The notes under the pieces are model-generated. The model searched no databases, was not told the origin of the DNA, and saw nothing but the letters and a program-made list of their open reading frames with translations. From a virus, in IMG/VR virus record IMGVR_UViG_3300046468_001139: a DNA stretch of 64,000 bases; one strand, written 5' to 3'. How positions within the stretch are numbered: position 1 is the first letter of the stretch; every line of letters begins with the position of its first letter. The translations under genes and the position numbers were made by a program. Shown piece by piece: positions 50,041-60,101 of the stretch.

Positions 50041-53000
50041 TTAATAAGATGAACTACTGTAAGTAGTGCCACTTGTAATTCCGCTGTTTGTTGACGTACT
50101 TGACGCTGTTACAACATTTCCTGTTGCTTGTATTCTACTTGCCGTAATTGCATCAATAACTTGAACATCATCAACTGTCGCACCACTGATAAAAATTTCA
50201 TCTGATTCGCTACGTATTTCAAACAAACTACCAAATGCTTGTCCTGTTTGTTTTGGAACAATAATCAAACTTACTAAGTCCGGGTTAACTGCGTTCATTA
50301 CGTATGTGCTTAATTCTGTAAAGTAAAAAGTATCACCAAAGTCCCAGTTCTCTAATGCAAAGAATTGGTTGATTGCATTAATAACTTTTGATTTAATATC
50401 ATTATCATTAACAACTTGTTCTGGGTTTTTTACAATTTTAAATGTTGCCTGCATATTAGTTTCTGCTTTATCTCCGAACAGTACTTTATACTTAACTGGA
50501 TGATAAATTAGCTCATCACTAATTGACTTAATTTTATTAATTTCAGCACCATAACTATTAAACAAGTTATCACTACTTGGAGGCAATGGTAAACTTGATG
50601 TTACACCACTTAAATATTGTCTAAAGTTTGTATCGTATGTTTTTGTTAACAAGTAACAATCATTAATATTAGAACTACTTGGATCAATACGAGCATCATC
50701 ATCTGCTGTATGCACATAATGGAATTTTAATTTATCTCTACCTGTGAATGCTTTGTAGTCTGTTGTTTGTGTTAGTAACAATGTAGTTGCATCATACTTT
50801 TTAAATACATCTGTTTTTACAACATAAAATACTTTTCCTGTTGGCATGCCTGAAGTTTGAATAAAACTATCATTAGTAACAACTGTAATTTTTTCAATAT
50901 CATTGTCAACATATTTAAAATCTTCAATATTATCTGATGTTATGTATTTCTTTAAGAAAACAAATTTATCATTAACATTAGTTTCAGGTGCAATTAATAC
51001 GTTAAATGTATCTGGATCATCAACAACTGAATCATCGTCTGTATCAAAGAACCCAACTTCAACTTTTTTGCTATCAATATATCCTTCAGGATCTCTATAC
51101 TCTTTTGTAATTTGCCAAGGATAATCAATAGTAAATGGTGTAATAGCATCTGGAACTGTATTAATAGATAGTACTTCAATTTTATCTTTAACAATTTGTC
51201 CTGTTTTATTATCGTAAATTTTTTGTTCGCTATCGTAAAAGAATTTAATTTCTTGATTACTTTCAAACACATATCGTAACCCTCTGTAACTTACAGTATA
51301 CTGAGCTCCGTCTGTTTCAAATAGTAACAACCAACTTGCATCTAATTGCTGGTTAGTAATATCACCTGTTTTACCTGTACTAAAGTTACTTGTGATATCT
51401 AAATTGTTTTCTGTAATTAAACGCCATTGTCTTAAATTCGTATCGTATCTTAATCCAAATGTTTTGTATGCAAAAATTTGATCAATAATTTGTGTTTTAA
51501 CATCAGTAACAAGTGCTTTACTAAACTTTGGTCTAATCTCTGAAAGTACTGCACCTGTTGGTATTACATCGTTAAATGCAATTGGTCCACTACCGTCAGT
51601 ATTATCAGTTCTGCCATCGCCTACTACAGAAATAACTTTAGTCCAAGAATATGTTTTTGTTCCTGCTGGTAAAATATTTCCAGTTGCAAGTGTACCATCT
51701 TTAGCAAAATACTGTCCTGCTGGTGCAACAAATTTAATTAAACTTCCTGGTTCAATAAAACGTAATCCACTACCTGTAAATGTTCCAACTTGGTATGTAG
51801 AACTAACTGAATCTAAAAACTTACCTGTACTGTAATTTGTACTTGTTGACGACTGTGACCAACTTGCTTGTAAATCAGAAACTAAAACTTTTGGAAACTT
51901 ATCTAAGTAATAATTAATAACTGATGTTTTTGACAGTATTGGAGTAATTGTATTTTCAATAGTACCTTCAACATCTGTTCTAGTACTAAAAGTAAACGAC
52001 TCTTTACTGTCTGTTAATTCTTTGTATAGCAAACCGTCTGTACCAAACAAACTAGTATTTGAATACTTTCCTGTTGCATCAAGTAAATCGTAATATCTAC
52101 TAATACCACTTGCTGTTCTATTAACAGTTTTTACTTTAATAATTTCTTGGCTAACTCCTAATGGTGCAACTTGGTAATCTTCACCAGTTACCATTCTATT
52201 TTGTGTGTAGTACGTTGCAGGAGCATTTGCTTTAATACTTGCGTTTGATTCACTTAAACTTGCATTGTCAACTGTATACTTTAAAGAAAATACTAAGTTT
52301 AATACTTCAGCGTTTCCTGCTTTAGATGTATAAGGAACTGTTACAGAAATATTTGTTAAGTCTTTAGGAACAACATTAAATGTATCATTTGCACTAGTTC
52401 TAAAAAATGCTTTAAATTGTCCTTTAGGAAGATTACCAAATGTTCCATCACTAAAGATCATATCAATTGAATCTTGTGCTTTTGTTAATACAGCATAAAT
52501 GTTTCTTTGATTTTTTCTTGTACTATTATAAACAATGTTGTTTCCTTCAACTGCATCAACCTTTGTCCATAACTGATCCTCAGCGCCAACTGAGTTTAGT
52601 TTGTAAAGCCAAACATCGTCATTGTTAACGTTAGTTGCATCAATGCTTACTGTTTGGTTAGTGCTTGGTGTATCAACATTAAATACTCCGCTGTCAAGAG
52701 TACCTTGACGGAAGTGTGCAAAAAATCCTGAGTTTGACGAACCTGGTCCTCTGCCATCATCTCTATAAAGAAATCCTAAACTGTTTCCTGGAAGTGGTGC
52801 TTCTTCTGATATAACACCATCAACGACATCAGTACTAACAAGTTGAAACTGTAAACTTCTACCGTCAACATTTTTACTAAAAGTGTAAACTGGAACATCG
52901 GTGTTTGATCCGTTAAATCTATACTGGTCTGTTGGAACACCTTCTACTTTATCTTTTTTAATTGGTTTTCCGTATTGCGAATTAAGTGGCAATGCGGCAT

Positions 53001-53481
53001 TAAGTACTCTTTCAAATTGCTCTCTCCAATTAGAATTACTAGGATCGTTCCAAATAACTCCTTGGTTAGCAAGATTTGTACCATTACTATCTAATATATC
53101 TTCTGACGTTGAAGCACTTTCCATTTTAAGCAATCCGTTAGCTGGTTTATTACGCTTTGGATTGTAAGAAAGCAAACGTGCTAAACGTAGAACACTTTCT
53201 CTACGTGATGCAAGTTCTAAAAAGTTTTCTCTAGCATTTAAATCAACACGGAAAGCAACGTTTTGTCCTAGGAAAGCAATAAGGTCAATTAGTGCCAAGT
53301 ATTCACTTGATTCAATGTAATCGTTAAAATCTTCTGGATAGTTTTGACGCAGATAGTTAATCATTGTTCTACGTAAGTTGTCAAAATCGTAAGATTTAAA
53401 TTCAGCATTACGGAAAGATTGGTATACTTTAGCCCAATCTTCTGCTATTAATAATCTATTCTGTCTATCTGTTGCCGCCAT
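50041..53481 (-). CDS. gp6: Baseplate wedge protein, T4 gp6-like
   Basis: DFDNLRRTMINYLR...FNDYIESS...ENFLELASRRESVLRLARLLSYNP; FSDGTFGNLP; QNRMVTGEDY. Confidence 0.85.
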   Translation of the reverse strand: MAATDRQNRLLIAEDWAKVYQSFRNAEFKSYDFDNLRRTMINYLRQNYPEDFNDYIESSEYLALIDLIAFLGQNVAFRVDLNARENFLELASRRESVLRLARLLSYNPKRNKPANGLLKMESASTSEDILDSNGTNLANQGVIWNDPSNSNWREQFERVLNAALPLNSQYGKPIKKDKVEGVPTDQYRFNGSNTDVPVYTFSKNVDGRSLQFQLVSTDVVDGVISEEAPLPGNSLGFLYRDDGRGPGSSNSGFFAHFRQGTLDSGVFNVDTPSTNQTVSIDATNVNNDDVWLYKLNSVGAEDQLWTKVDAVEGNNIVYNSTRKNQRNIYAVLTKAQDSIDMIFSDGTFGNLPKGQFKAFFRTSANDTFNVVPKDLTNISVTVPYTSKAGNAEVLNLVFSLKYTVDNASLSESNASIKANAPATYYTQNRMVTGEDYQVAPLGVSQEIIKVKTVNRTASGISRYYDLLDATGKYSNTSLFGTDGLLYKELTDSKESFTFSTRTDVEGTIENTITPILSKTSVINYYLDKFPKVLVSDLQASWSQSSTSTNYSTGKFLDSVSSTYQVGTFTGSGLRFIEPGSLIKFVAPAGQYFAKDGTLATGNILPAGTKTYSWTKVISVVGDGRTDNTDGSGPIAFNDVIPTGAVLSEIRPKFSKALVTDVKTQIIDQIFAYKTFGLRYDTNLRQWRLITENNLDITSNFSTGKTGDITNQQLDASWLLLFETDGAQYTVSYRGLRYVFESNQEIKFFYDSEQKIYDNKTGQIVKDKIEVLSINTVPDAITPFTIDYPWQITKEYRDPEGYIDSKKVEVGFFDTDDDSVVDDPDTFNVLIAPETNVNDKFVFLKKYITSDNIEDFKYVDNDIEKITVVTNDSFIQTSGMPTGKVFYVVKTDVFKKYDATTLLLTQTTDYKAFTGRDKLKFHYVHTADDDARIDPSSSNINDCYLLTKTYDTNFRQYLSGVTSSLPLPPSSDNLFNSYGAEINKIKSISDELIYHPVKYKVLFGDKAETNMQATFKIVKNPEQVVNDNDIKSKVINAINQFFALENWDFGDTFYFTELSTYVMNAVNPDLVSLIIVPKQTGQAFGSLFEIRSESDEIFISGATVDDVQVIDAITASRIQATGNVVTASSTSTNSGITSGTTYSSSSY

Positions 53482-53506
53482 TTGTTTGCTTTCCTTAGTA
53501 TAATAC

Positions 53507-53512
53507 TATTTA
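53507..53512 (-). promoter_or_regulatory. Putative late promoter TAAATA
   Basis: cacTAAATAgtattatactaaggaaagcaaacaaATG upstream of gp6. Confidence 0.5.
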
Positions 53513-53534
53513 GTGTAATCTGTTAAGTGTGTAG

Positions 53535-53972
53535 TTAATTCATTCCCGAGTTTTCATCAAACGTTAAACGCATTTTTTCGCTGATATTATACGGCAAATA
53601 TGTTAAATCACAATCTATAATGATACCACTTTCGTATGTGTCAATAATAACTGAATTTGCAGTAACTCTTGGGTCTGAATTTACAATTCTTTTAACATTT
53701 TCTGCTATTGCTTCTTCCATTGACGGCGTCATTGGCTCAAATATTGCGTCCCAAATAATTGTTCCAAACTCAGGATTCATTAATTTTTCACCTTGTCTAA
53801 TATGAAAGTGATTAAGCAAGTCTTGTTTAATTAACCCAATGTCGTACAATGTTTTACTAACATTTTCCGGATTAACTGTACTAAGACCTTTGTAAGCACG
53901 ATTAGTTGTCGTTGGATTAGGTGGTGCTAAATCGCTGTTAACTTTAATGTTTTTGTATAGTTCGCTTGCCAT
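53535..53972 (-). CDS. gp25: Baseplate wedge subunit, gp25-like
   Basis: IKQDLLNHFHIRQGEKLMNPEFGTIIWDAIFEP...DPRV, the GPW/gp25 signature. Confidence 0.9.
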   Translation of the reverse strand: MASELYKNIKVNSDLAPPNPTTTNRAYKGLSTVNPENVSKTLYDIGLIKQDLLNHFHIRQGEKLMNPEFGTIIWDAIFEPMTPSMEEAIAENVKRIVNSDPRVTANSVIIDTYESGIIIDCDLTYLPYNISEKMRLTFDENSGMN

Positions 53973-53977
53973 ATCAA

Positions 53978-53983
53978 TATTTA
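53978..53983 (-). promoter_or_regulatory. Putative late promoter TAAATA, 5 nt before ATG (leaderless-type)
   Basis: ggTAAATAttgatATG. Confidence 0.5.
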
Positions 53984-53992
53984 CCTTACTGG

Positions 53993-55570
53993 TTATTCAT
54001 TAGCTTTACTAGTTTTCTTAAATGTATCAGGAATACTAGGTGTTGGTTCATCGTTTTTAGTTGTAAAATTATTATCCCTATCAGTAGCAACTGGTTTAAA
54101 TGCTTGAGGATTTAAATTTTCATGCCATGGCCACGGTTCATGCTGTGGCATACGCTGAGTTAACCATCCTAATGCTGATGGTCCTGGGTTAATATGTGTG
54201 TTCAACGGACTAACTTGTTCAGCTGTTGCGGCTGTTGGGCCGTTCATATCAATCTTAGGTGCTGTTTCTGTATGGTTTCCTCCGCTGAGTATATCAGTAG
54301 TTGTACCTGCTGTAAACTTGTTTGCAGAACCTGTGTTTAGATCAAAGTTAGTTGATGTTGTAATCTTACCGTTAGCACCAATTAAAATATTTGTATCAGC
54401 GGCAGATTCTATTTGTATTTTACCGCCTTTCTTTGAACTAGCATTGTGATTGTCACTTGCTTTTAAGTATAAATTTGCACCAGCTTCAATAGTAACATTA
54501 CGATTTGCTGTAAAATTAAAATCATTACCACTATACATACTAATACTATCTTCTGCATAAATGTCAATTTTACCATCACTTGTCATTTCAAGCCAAGCAG
54601 TTCCTCTAGCATTAGCTATGTAGATTAGATCTTCTGTATTATGTAAAAGTATTTGGTGTCCTGTTCTAGTACGCACACGGAATAATTCGTTGTGTGGTAA
54701 TTCCCTTTTACCATCTGTTTCATTTTGCATTACATCAGCATACTCTGGTGGACCTTTGTCTGCTGTTGTTTTTCTTAAAAATTTATCATCTCCGTCATCT
54801 GCTACAAGAGAAGTTCCGCCAAGTCTTGATTTATAAACGTCAACAAATTCTTCGTTAGTACCTATTCTTGATTTAGGAGCACCAGGACGTTTATCAATAG
54901 GTCCAGGAGTATTAAATCCAAAGACTGCACTTGGTACTTCACGTCTTGCACTTGAAGTTGTAATTCCTCTTGTTTCGTCAAATATTAATCCTGAGTCAAC
55001 TAAGCCATTTACAAATTCTTTTTGGTGTGGCTTTTCAAACTTTGTAGGATCTTGTGCAAGTCCTGTTTCAGTTACTTTGTTGTATTCACTAACCGGCAAT
55101 TTAGCAGGTTTCATTTTTTCGTCAATTAGATCATTCCCATCAGCATCAACTTTTTTAGTAAATGACGTTGCGGCATTTCCCGGTACAGAAAAATTCATAT
55201 ACCTATCTTGAACACAGCCTAACCAGTAACACATATTTGGGTTACCTTCTGCAAAAATTATAAGAACCTGTGTTCCAATGTCAGGTGGAATCATCCACAT
55301 ACCATATGCTTGTTGACTATCTCTATAACCGTCGTTTGCTGTTACTCCGTTTCTTGGAGTTTGTCCTGTAAACGGTGACAAGTATTTTGCTTGGTACATT
55401 GATCCGCCAGCAAAGTTTGGGTTACCTGTTGTGGTAGTTTTTAATAACTGTACTTGTAAAGTACCCATGTACTCAGAATCAATAAAGCTCACTACCTTAG
55501 CAAGGTATGGCCCTGGCATCATTATTGGAGTTTTATCTTTTGAAACTTTATCTAGTAATGGATTCATCAT
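53993..55570 (-). CDS. Baseplate central spike, gp5/VgrG-like (OB-fold plus beta-helix)
   Basis: GPYLAKVV...GTLQV...YGMWMIPPDIGTQVLIIF...YWLG OB-fold; RTRTGHQILLH and beta-helical repeats; His-rich tip HEPWPWHE. Confidence 0.75.
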   Translation of the reverse strand: MMNPLLDKVSKDKTPIMMPGPYLAKVVSFIDSEYMGTLQVQLLKTTTTGNPNFAGGSMYQAKYLSPFTGQTPRNGVTANDGYRDSQQAYGMWMIPPDIGTQVLIIFAEGNPNMCYWLGCVQDRYMNFSVPGNAATSFTKKVDADGNDLIDEKMKPAKLPVSEYNKVTETGLAQDPTKFEKPHQKEFVNGLVDSGLIFDETRGITTSSARREVPSAVFGFNTPGPIDKRPGAPKSRIGTNEEFVDVYKSRLGGTSLVADDGDDKFLRKTTADKGPPEYADVMQNETDGKRELPHNELFRVRTRTGHQILLHNTEDLIYIANARGTAWLEMTSDGKIDIYAEDSISMYSGNDFNFTANRNVTIEAGANLYLKASDNHNASSKKGGKIQIESAADTNILIGANGKITTSTNFDLNTGSANKFTAGTTTDILSGGNHTETAPKIDMNGPTAATAEQVSPLNTHINPGPSALGWLTQRMPQHEPWPWHENLNPQAFKPVATDRDNNFTTKNDEPTPSIPDTFKKTSKANE

Positions 55571-57921
55571 GCGTGGTGTCCTCCGCCATAGCCATAACCA
55601 GGTTGATGATTTTTTGCTATAGTGCCTTCTTCGGCTGGTCCTTGATCTTCTTCAGGTCCTTTTTGTTTTTTGTAATCTAATTCTGTTTGTGTATTCATTC
55701 TTAACAATGATAGTGTTTGTATAAACTTACCTTGATTAAATTCAGACTTAACATAAGTTACTTTATATAATCCACTAAATTGTCTAACTTTAACCCCACC
55801 GGCTTCATCGTTAGTTACAGGAAATTCTACTGTACTTGATGATGCACTATAATCATAAGGTGTTTTAAAATTTAATTCAATAAACTGTTGACTACGTACA
55901 TGATCAATATGTCCGTTTTCGTCTGCAAACCAAGTTGATCCTTGTGCTGACATATAATTTCCTGTACCACTATCACTAATGTAATAAGGATCTCCCATTA
56001 TTTGCAATTCAACTCTTACTAAATCTACCATACTATAGACCAATGCTTTATGGAAAGTACGTGCAATTACTTCTTTAGCATCTGATGGTACAGCTCTCAT
56101 ACCTGATGTAATAATTTCAATATCAGATTCAATAATTGATTTTAAAGGATCTAATGACGGTGTAGGGTCGCCTTCTTTTTGTGCTATTATATTTGATTTG
56201 TCTTCACTATTAGCTGTAGCACTTGCTCCATCATTCTGTGCAGTTTCTGTATCTGCACTACCATCTCTTGGAACAGGTGTTAGATATCTGTTATTAAATG
56301 TTAGATCAAATTCTAATACATTTTTGTTTTTACCTGTGTACAAATAATTGTATTCTTTTGCAATATGATCTATTGGTGTTGCCGGTGCAACATCTCCAGG
56401 ACCCATCCAAGTACTAGCATGTACTTCATACGGTATTACTTTAAAAATATAGATAAACGGTGGACGGCCTTTACTTGCTTCTATATCCTTTACCGGAACT
56501 TGAAACACCATTGGCAATATACTAAACCAAGGACGGAAGCCGTCAACTAATTTTTGATCTAATAAACTTTTACCATATTCACTTGATAAAACCATTTCCT
56601 CAATAATGCTGTTAATCTTTGTACCCTTTTCAAACTTAAAAGCACGTTTGCCTTCTGGTATATAATTTGCTTTTTGTTCATAAACATCTTTTTGTTCATC
56701 ATAAACTTTATCGGCTCCAGCACTTTGAATACTACCATTTTGCAATTTATCAGTAACTAGTTTTGATGTTCCGATAGGATTTATATTTCCGGTTGCTAAA
56801 CTTTGTGATACAATAGCTTCGCCAAGGTCTGACCTTTTTACTGAAACACCTGCAATTTTTTCTAAAAATGCTTCGTAGTCAATTATTTGTGTACTTTGAG
56901 ATTTACCTGTTAATGACTCAACTTTTTCTTGAGCAGTTATATCGTTAACTGTAGCATCATCTTCTTTCTTAGTAGCTAGTTTTCTACTTTCTAAAGCATC
57001 ACCAGGTGGAAATAATATAATGAATTGATCAGCAAATTTCTTTTTATTACCTTCTTCACGTTTTAACAAATTAGTATTAAGCACAGTAGTTAAACTTTGT
57101 ATTCCACTTTGTAATGCTTCTTGGAGATCGCCTCCAACAATTTGAATGTCTGATGGAATTTTTTGTACTGAATCACTGTTAGCACTAGAATTTGCAGAAA
57201 TAAATGTTGTTTCGTAAACTGTACCAGAAGAACTAACAGACATTGTTGAATCTGTTATCTTAATTGGTATTTGTCGTTTTGCAATACGCTTCATTTGATT
57301 GTCATCTGTATATCCTACAAATTCAATTGTTAATAAAAATGTTGCAAACGTATAAGTTAAGTGTCCAGCCATAACAGCCGCAACTTGTAAAGTTTCAAGA
57401 AACTGTCCCATGCTGTAAGGTTCTGTTACTGAAAATCCACCCTTGTGCATTTGCATTGCACGAGTTTCACTATTATATCCTATTACAGATTCAATAGTAA
57501 CATCATCCATAAAGTATTCAACTCTACCTCCGGCTTTTTCTAACATAGTTTGAGCTTTACGTTCGCCCATAGCTCTAGTTCCGCCGCCACTTTTAATAAT
57601 AACTACTTCTGGTTCGCCTTGGGCACCCATATATGTATTGTCAGGGTCTAATATTTCGTCTGTGGATAAACAGTATAATCCAAACATATGATTTACTGAG
57701 GTAAATTGTTCTAGTTCATTATCTATTGTGTTTCTTTGAATCTTATTAACACGCTGACTTCTTGCTAAATCTTGCTTAACTTTAGATAAAGATTGTTTTG
57801 CCGCTTTAATATCTTCTTCAGACATAAAGCTATGAGGATTTCCGCCAAGCTCGTTTTTGACTAAGTTTTCAAGTCTTATTTTTTCGTTTTTAAGTTTGTT
57901 TATTTCACCTAGGAGAGACAT
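55567..57921 (-). CDS. Baseplate hub protein (gp27/late-control D-like)
   Basis: Lies before the spike gene; C-terminal VELQIMGDP...FSGLYKVTYVKSEFNQGKFIQTL pattern. Confidence 0.6.
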   Translation of the reverse strand: MSLLGEINKLKNEKIRLENLVKNELGGNPHSFMSEEDIKAAKQSLSKVKQDLARSQRVNKIQRNTIDNELEQFTSVNHMFGLYCLSTDEILDPDNTYMGAQGEPEVVIIKSGGGTRAMGERKAQTMLEKAGGRVEYFMDDVTIESVIGYNSETRAMQMHKGGFSVTEPYSMGQFLETLQVAAVMAGHLTYTFATFLLTIEFVGYTDDNQMKRIAKRQIPIKITDSTMSVSSSGTVYETTFISANSSANSDSVQKIPSDIQIVGGDLQEALQSGIQSLTTVLNTNLLKREEGNKKKFADQFIILFPPGDALESRKLATKKEDDATVNDITAQEKVESLTGKSQSTQIIDYEAFLEKIAGVSVKRSDLGEAIVSQSLATGNINPIGTSKLVTDKLQNGSIQSAGADKVYDEQKDVYEQKANYIPEGKRAFKFEKGTKINSIIEEMVLSSEYGKSLLDQKLVDGFRPWFSILPMVFQVPVKDIEASKGRPPFIYIFKVIPYEVHASTWMGPGDVAPATPIDHIAKEYNYLYTGKNKNVLEFDLTFNNRYLTPVPRDGSADTETAQNDGASATANSEDKSNIIAQKEGDPTPSLDPLKSIIESDIEIITSGMRAVPSDAKEVIARTFHKALVYSMVDLVRVELQIMGDPYYISDSGTGNYMSAQGSTWFADENGHIDHVRSQQFIELNFKTPYDYSASSSTVEFPVTNDEAGGVKVRQFSGLYKVTYVKSEFNQGKFIQTLSLLRMNTQTELDYKKQKGPEEDQGPAEEGTIAKNHQPGYGYGGGHHA

Positions 57922-57923
57922 AT

Positions 57924-58229
57924 TTAAACTCCCAGTCTAGACTTGATATCCGATGCCTTTGGAAGATAAATTTTAGTTCCCACTTTTAAATCATAAATAG
58001 GATCTTTAATAGTATCCATATTGCGTTGTGCAAATACCCACCACAGTTTTGGTGAACCGTAAAGGTCATATGCTAATAAATCTGGACGATGATTGTATTG
58101 AGGTTCAACTTCATATAACGCATCGTCTGACGAAGCCGGTACTGTTCGAATCCTCAATAGATCCATATGTTCGCCACTTTCGTTTTCAGGCGTATTGTGC
58201 CACGGGCTTGATTGGCTGTAAACTGCCAT
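57924..58229 (-). CDS. Baseplate wedge protein, gp53/LysM-like
   Basis: YEVEPQYNHRPDLLAYDLYGSPKLWWVF...GTKIYLP. Confidence 0.75.
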   Translation of the reverse strand: MAVYSQSSPWHNTPENESGEHMDLLRIRTVPASSDDALYEVEPQYNHRPDLLAYDLYGSPKLWWVFAQRNMDTIKDPIYDLKVGTKIYLPKASDIKSRLGV

Positions 58230-59113
58230 TAAATAAATCCTCCGCCATTTTTAATATATTCACCGTTAACATAATTCTGTAAACTAAATTTTTCAATTTC
58301 ACGTCTACTGTAAAGCGGTTGTACTGTAACTGTTATTAAACTTTGTGTTGGTGCCCAACTTACGCTATCTCGTTTTTCTTTTATCGTTTGCCCAGCGGCT
58401 CCTGATACACTTTTTTCTGTTGACATCGCTTTACCAAGTCCTGTTGCAATATAGTCAACATCTTGTGGTAAGTCAACTGTAAAGTTTGTTACTACAACTG
58501 GCACATTATTAAAAATAAAATCTCCGTATCCATTAAGTTTAACAACTGGTGGCGGTGCACCTAATGTTTCAGCTTCTCCACCATAAAACATTTTAGTTGC
58601 TGAACGTAGATAATGCAAAGCCGCTACCCAATACTCTGCTTCAACGCCATTTTGTACAAAAAAGTCACCTGTAATAACAAGTTGATCCACTTGTGAGTTC
58701 TGGTAAGCAAAATACGGATAATTAGTATGTGTAGGGGTAATTGCTTGATAGTTTGCTGAGTGTGCTACAATAATTGTAGGGGTAAACGGAAAAACTAATC
58801 CATTGGTTTGTTTTAATGGACTTAATAACGGAGATGCTTTGAAACTTGCCACATTAGGAATACTTAATCTAACACGCCAGTCTCGGTTAACTGGCTTCTT
58901 AAACCCAACCGTTTCAGTTGCAGTACCACCAAGTTTCGCTAGAGAACCGTCTGGCAAATTTTTAGATCGAATATCTTTAGCAAACCCATCTACATTTACA
59001 AAATCAGACACAGCATTGGCCGCATCTTCTACTGCACCTGTCAGGTTGCTTGTAAAATCACTCACCCCGTTTTTAATACTGTTTCCTAGTTTTGCAAAAT
59101 CAAATGATGACAT
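58229..59113 (-). CDS. Tail tube initiator/baseplate protein (gp48/gp54-like)
   Basis: FPFTPTI...ITGDF...PPPVVKLNGYG...VPVVVTNFTVDLP tube-like motifs; first gene of the baseplate operon. Confidence 0.55.
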   Translation of the reverse strand: MSSFDFAKLGNSIKNGVSDFTSNLTGAVEDAANAVSDFVNVDGFAKDIRSKNLPDGSLAKLGGTATETVGFKKPVNRDWRVRLSIPNVASFKASPLLSPLKQTNGLVFPFTPTIIVAHSANYQAITPTHTNYPYFAYQNSQVDQLVITGDFFVQNGVEAEYWVAALHYLRSATKMFYGGEAETLGAPPPVVKLNGYGDFIFNNVPVVVTNFTVDLPQDVDYIATGLGKAMSTEKSVSGAAGQTIKEKRDSVSWAPTQSLITVTVQPLYSRREIEKFSLQNYVNGEYIKNGGGFI

Positions 59114-59132
59114 TTGGCGATCTCCTTTACAT

Positions 59133-59138
59133 TATTTA
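59133..59138 (-). promoter_or_regulatory. Putative late promoter TAAATA for the baseplate/tail operon
   Basis: acTAAATAatgtaaaggagatcgccaaATG. Confidence 0.55.
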
Positions 59139-59139
59139 G

Positions 59140-59168
59140 TTGACTTTATTATCTACGTAGTTTATAAT
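59140..59168 (+). promoter_or_regulatory. Sigma70-type promoter TTGACT-N17-TATAAT
   Basis: Near-consensus hexamers with a 17-nt spacer upstream of the gp55-like gene. Confidence 0.75.
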
Positions 59169-59194
59169 AGAACTTTAATATGGAGAATTCTTAC

Positions 59195-60046
59195 ATGAGA
59201 AAAGTAAATTACTTAAACAACAGAGATCTGCTTTCTGAAATACATAAGTCAAAGAGTACATACAGTAGTTTTACAGACGACAGTTATGCCCAATATGATA
59301 TTATTTTACCTGATGTGTCAAAAATTAACATCAGAACTATAGCAGAAGCAAAAAGAAACCAGGCGAAACGCATTGGTTACGCTGAATATGAGCGAAGGAA
59401 GAAGGCTGGAGAGAAGGTAAAGCAGGCAGATACAGAAATAGACTACCGAAAAATAGCTAAAACAGACTTAATTTTCCGTGTTATGACGTATGATCACATT
59501 CCAGAAGAAAAAGGTAGGAAGAAAAATCCTAAAACGATAGCAGATACCAAGGTAAAATTAAACTTTCCCCCATTTGTACACTACAGGTTCAATGACAATG
59601 ATGAATTAGAGCTTGTAGGTAAAAGTCATTGGGAAGGCGGAATGGAGAATGGACACTTTAGTTTAAGAGGCGGACAAGCAACTAATAAACTTGCTTTGAT
59701 GTGGATGAAATTGTGTGAACGATATGCTACACGTGGTAACGTAAGAGGTTATACTTATAATGACGAAATGCGTGGCCAAGCAATTTTACAGTTAACACAA
59801 ATAGGATTACAATTTGACGAGTCAAAATCAAATAATCCATTTGCATATTATACTGCCGCTGTTACAAATAGTTTTGTTAGAATTATTAACATTGAAAAGC
59901 GTAATCAAAACATTCGTGATGATATCTTAGAAATGAATAATATGAATCCTTCCTTTACTAGACAGAATCAAGGACAATGGGAAGCTCAACTAGAAGAACA
60001 CAATCGAAAGAATGCAGTAGCTAAAACCGCTCCTGTTAAAAAATAG
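59195..60046 (+). CDS. gp55: Late-transcription sigma factor, T4 gp55-like
   Basis: NYLNNRDLL...GYTYNDEM...FDESKSNNPFAYYT...SFVRIINIEKR; T4-like 55-47-46 synteny; ATG at 59195 follows GGAG. Confidence 0.85.
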   Translation: MRKVNYLNNRDLLSEIHKSKSTYSSFTDDSYAQYDIILPDVSKINIRTIAEAKRNQAKRIGYAEYERRKKAGEKVKQADTEIDYRKIAKTDLIFRVMTYDHIPEEKGRKKNPKTIADTKVKLNFPPFVHYRFNDNDELELVGKSHWEGGMENGHFSLRGGQATNKLALMWMKLCERYATRGNVRGYTYNDEMRGQAILQLTQIGLQFDESKSNNPFAYYTAAVTNSFVRIINIEKRNQNIRDDILEMNNMNPSFTRQNQGQWEAQLEEHNRKNAVAKTAPVKK

Positions 60047-60047
60047 G

Positions 60048-60076
60048 TTGACAGTAAAATCTATATGTTGTACAAT
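60048..60076 (+). promoter_or_regulatory. Sigma70-type promoter TTGACA-N17-TACAAT
   Basis: Perfect -35, near-consensus -10 and a 17-nt spacer upstream of gp47. Confidence 0.75.
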
Positions 60077-60101
60077 AAAGTATAAATCGTGAGGTATAAT
60101 T

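Noticed and set aside
29484-59198. Many plus-strand ORFs of 60-250 aa (e.g. 32995..33747, 37171..37656, 42670..43152, 58803..59198)
   Set aside because: These are antisense shadows of long minus-strand structural genes, a common result of codon bias. None has an RBS or motif support.
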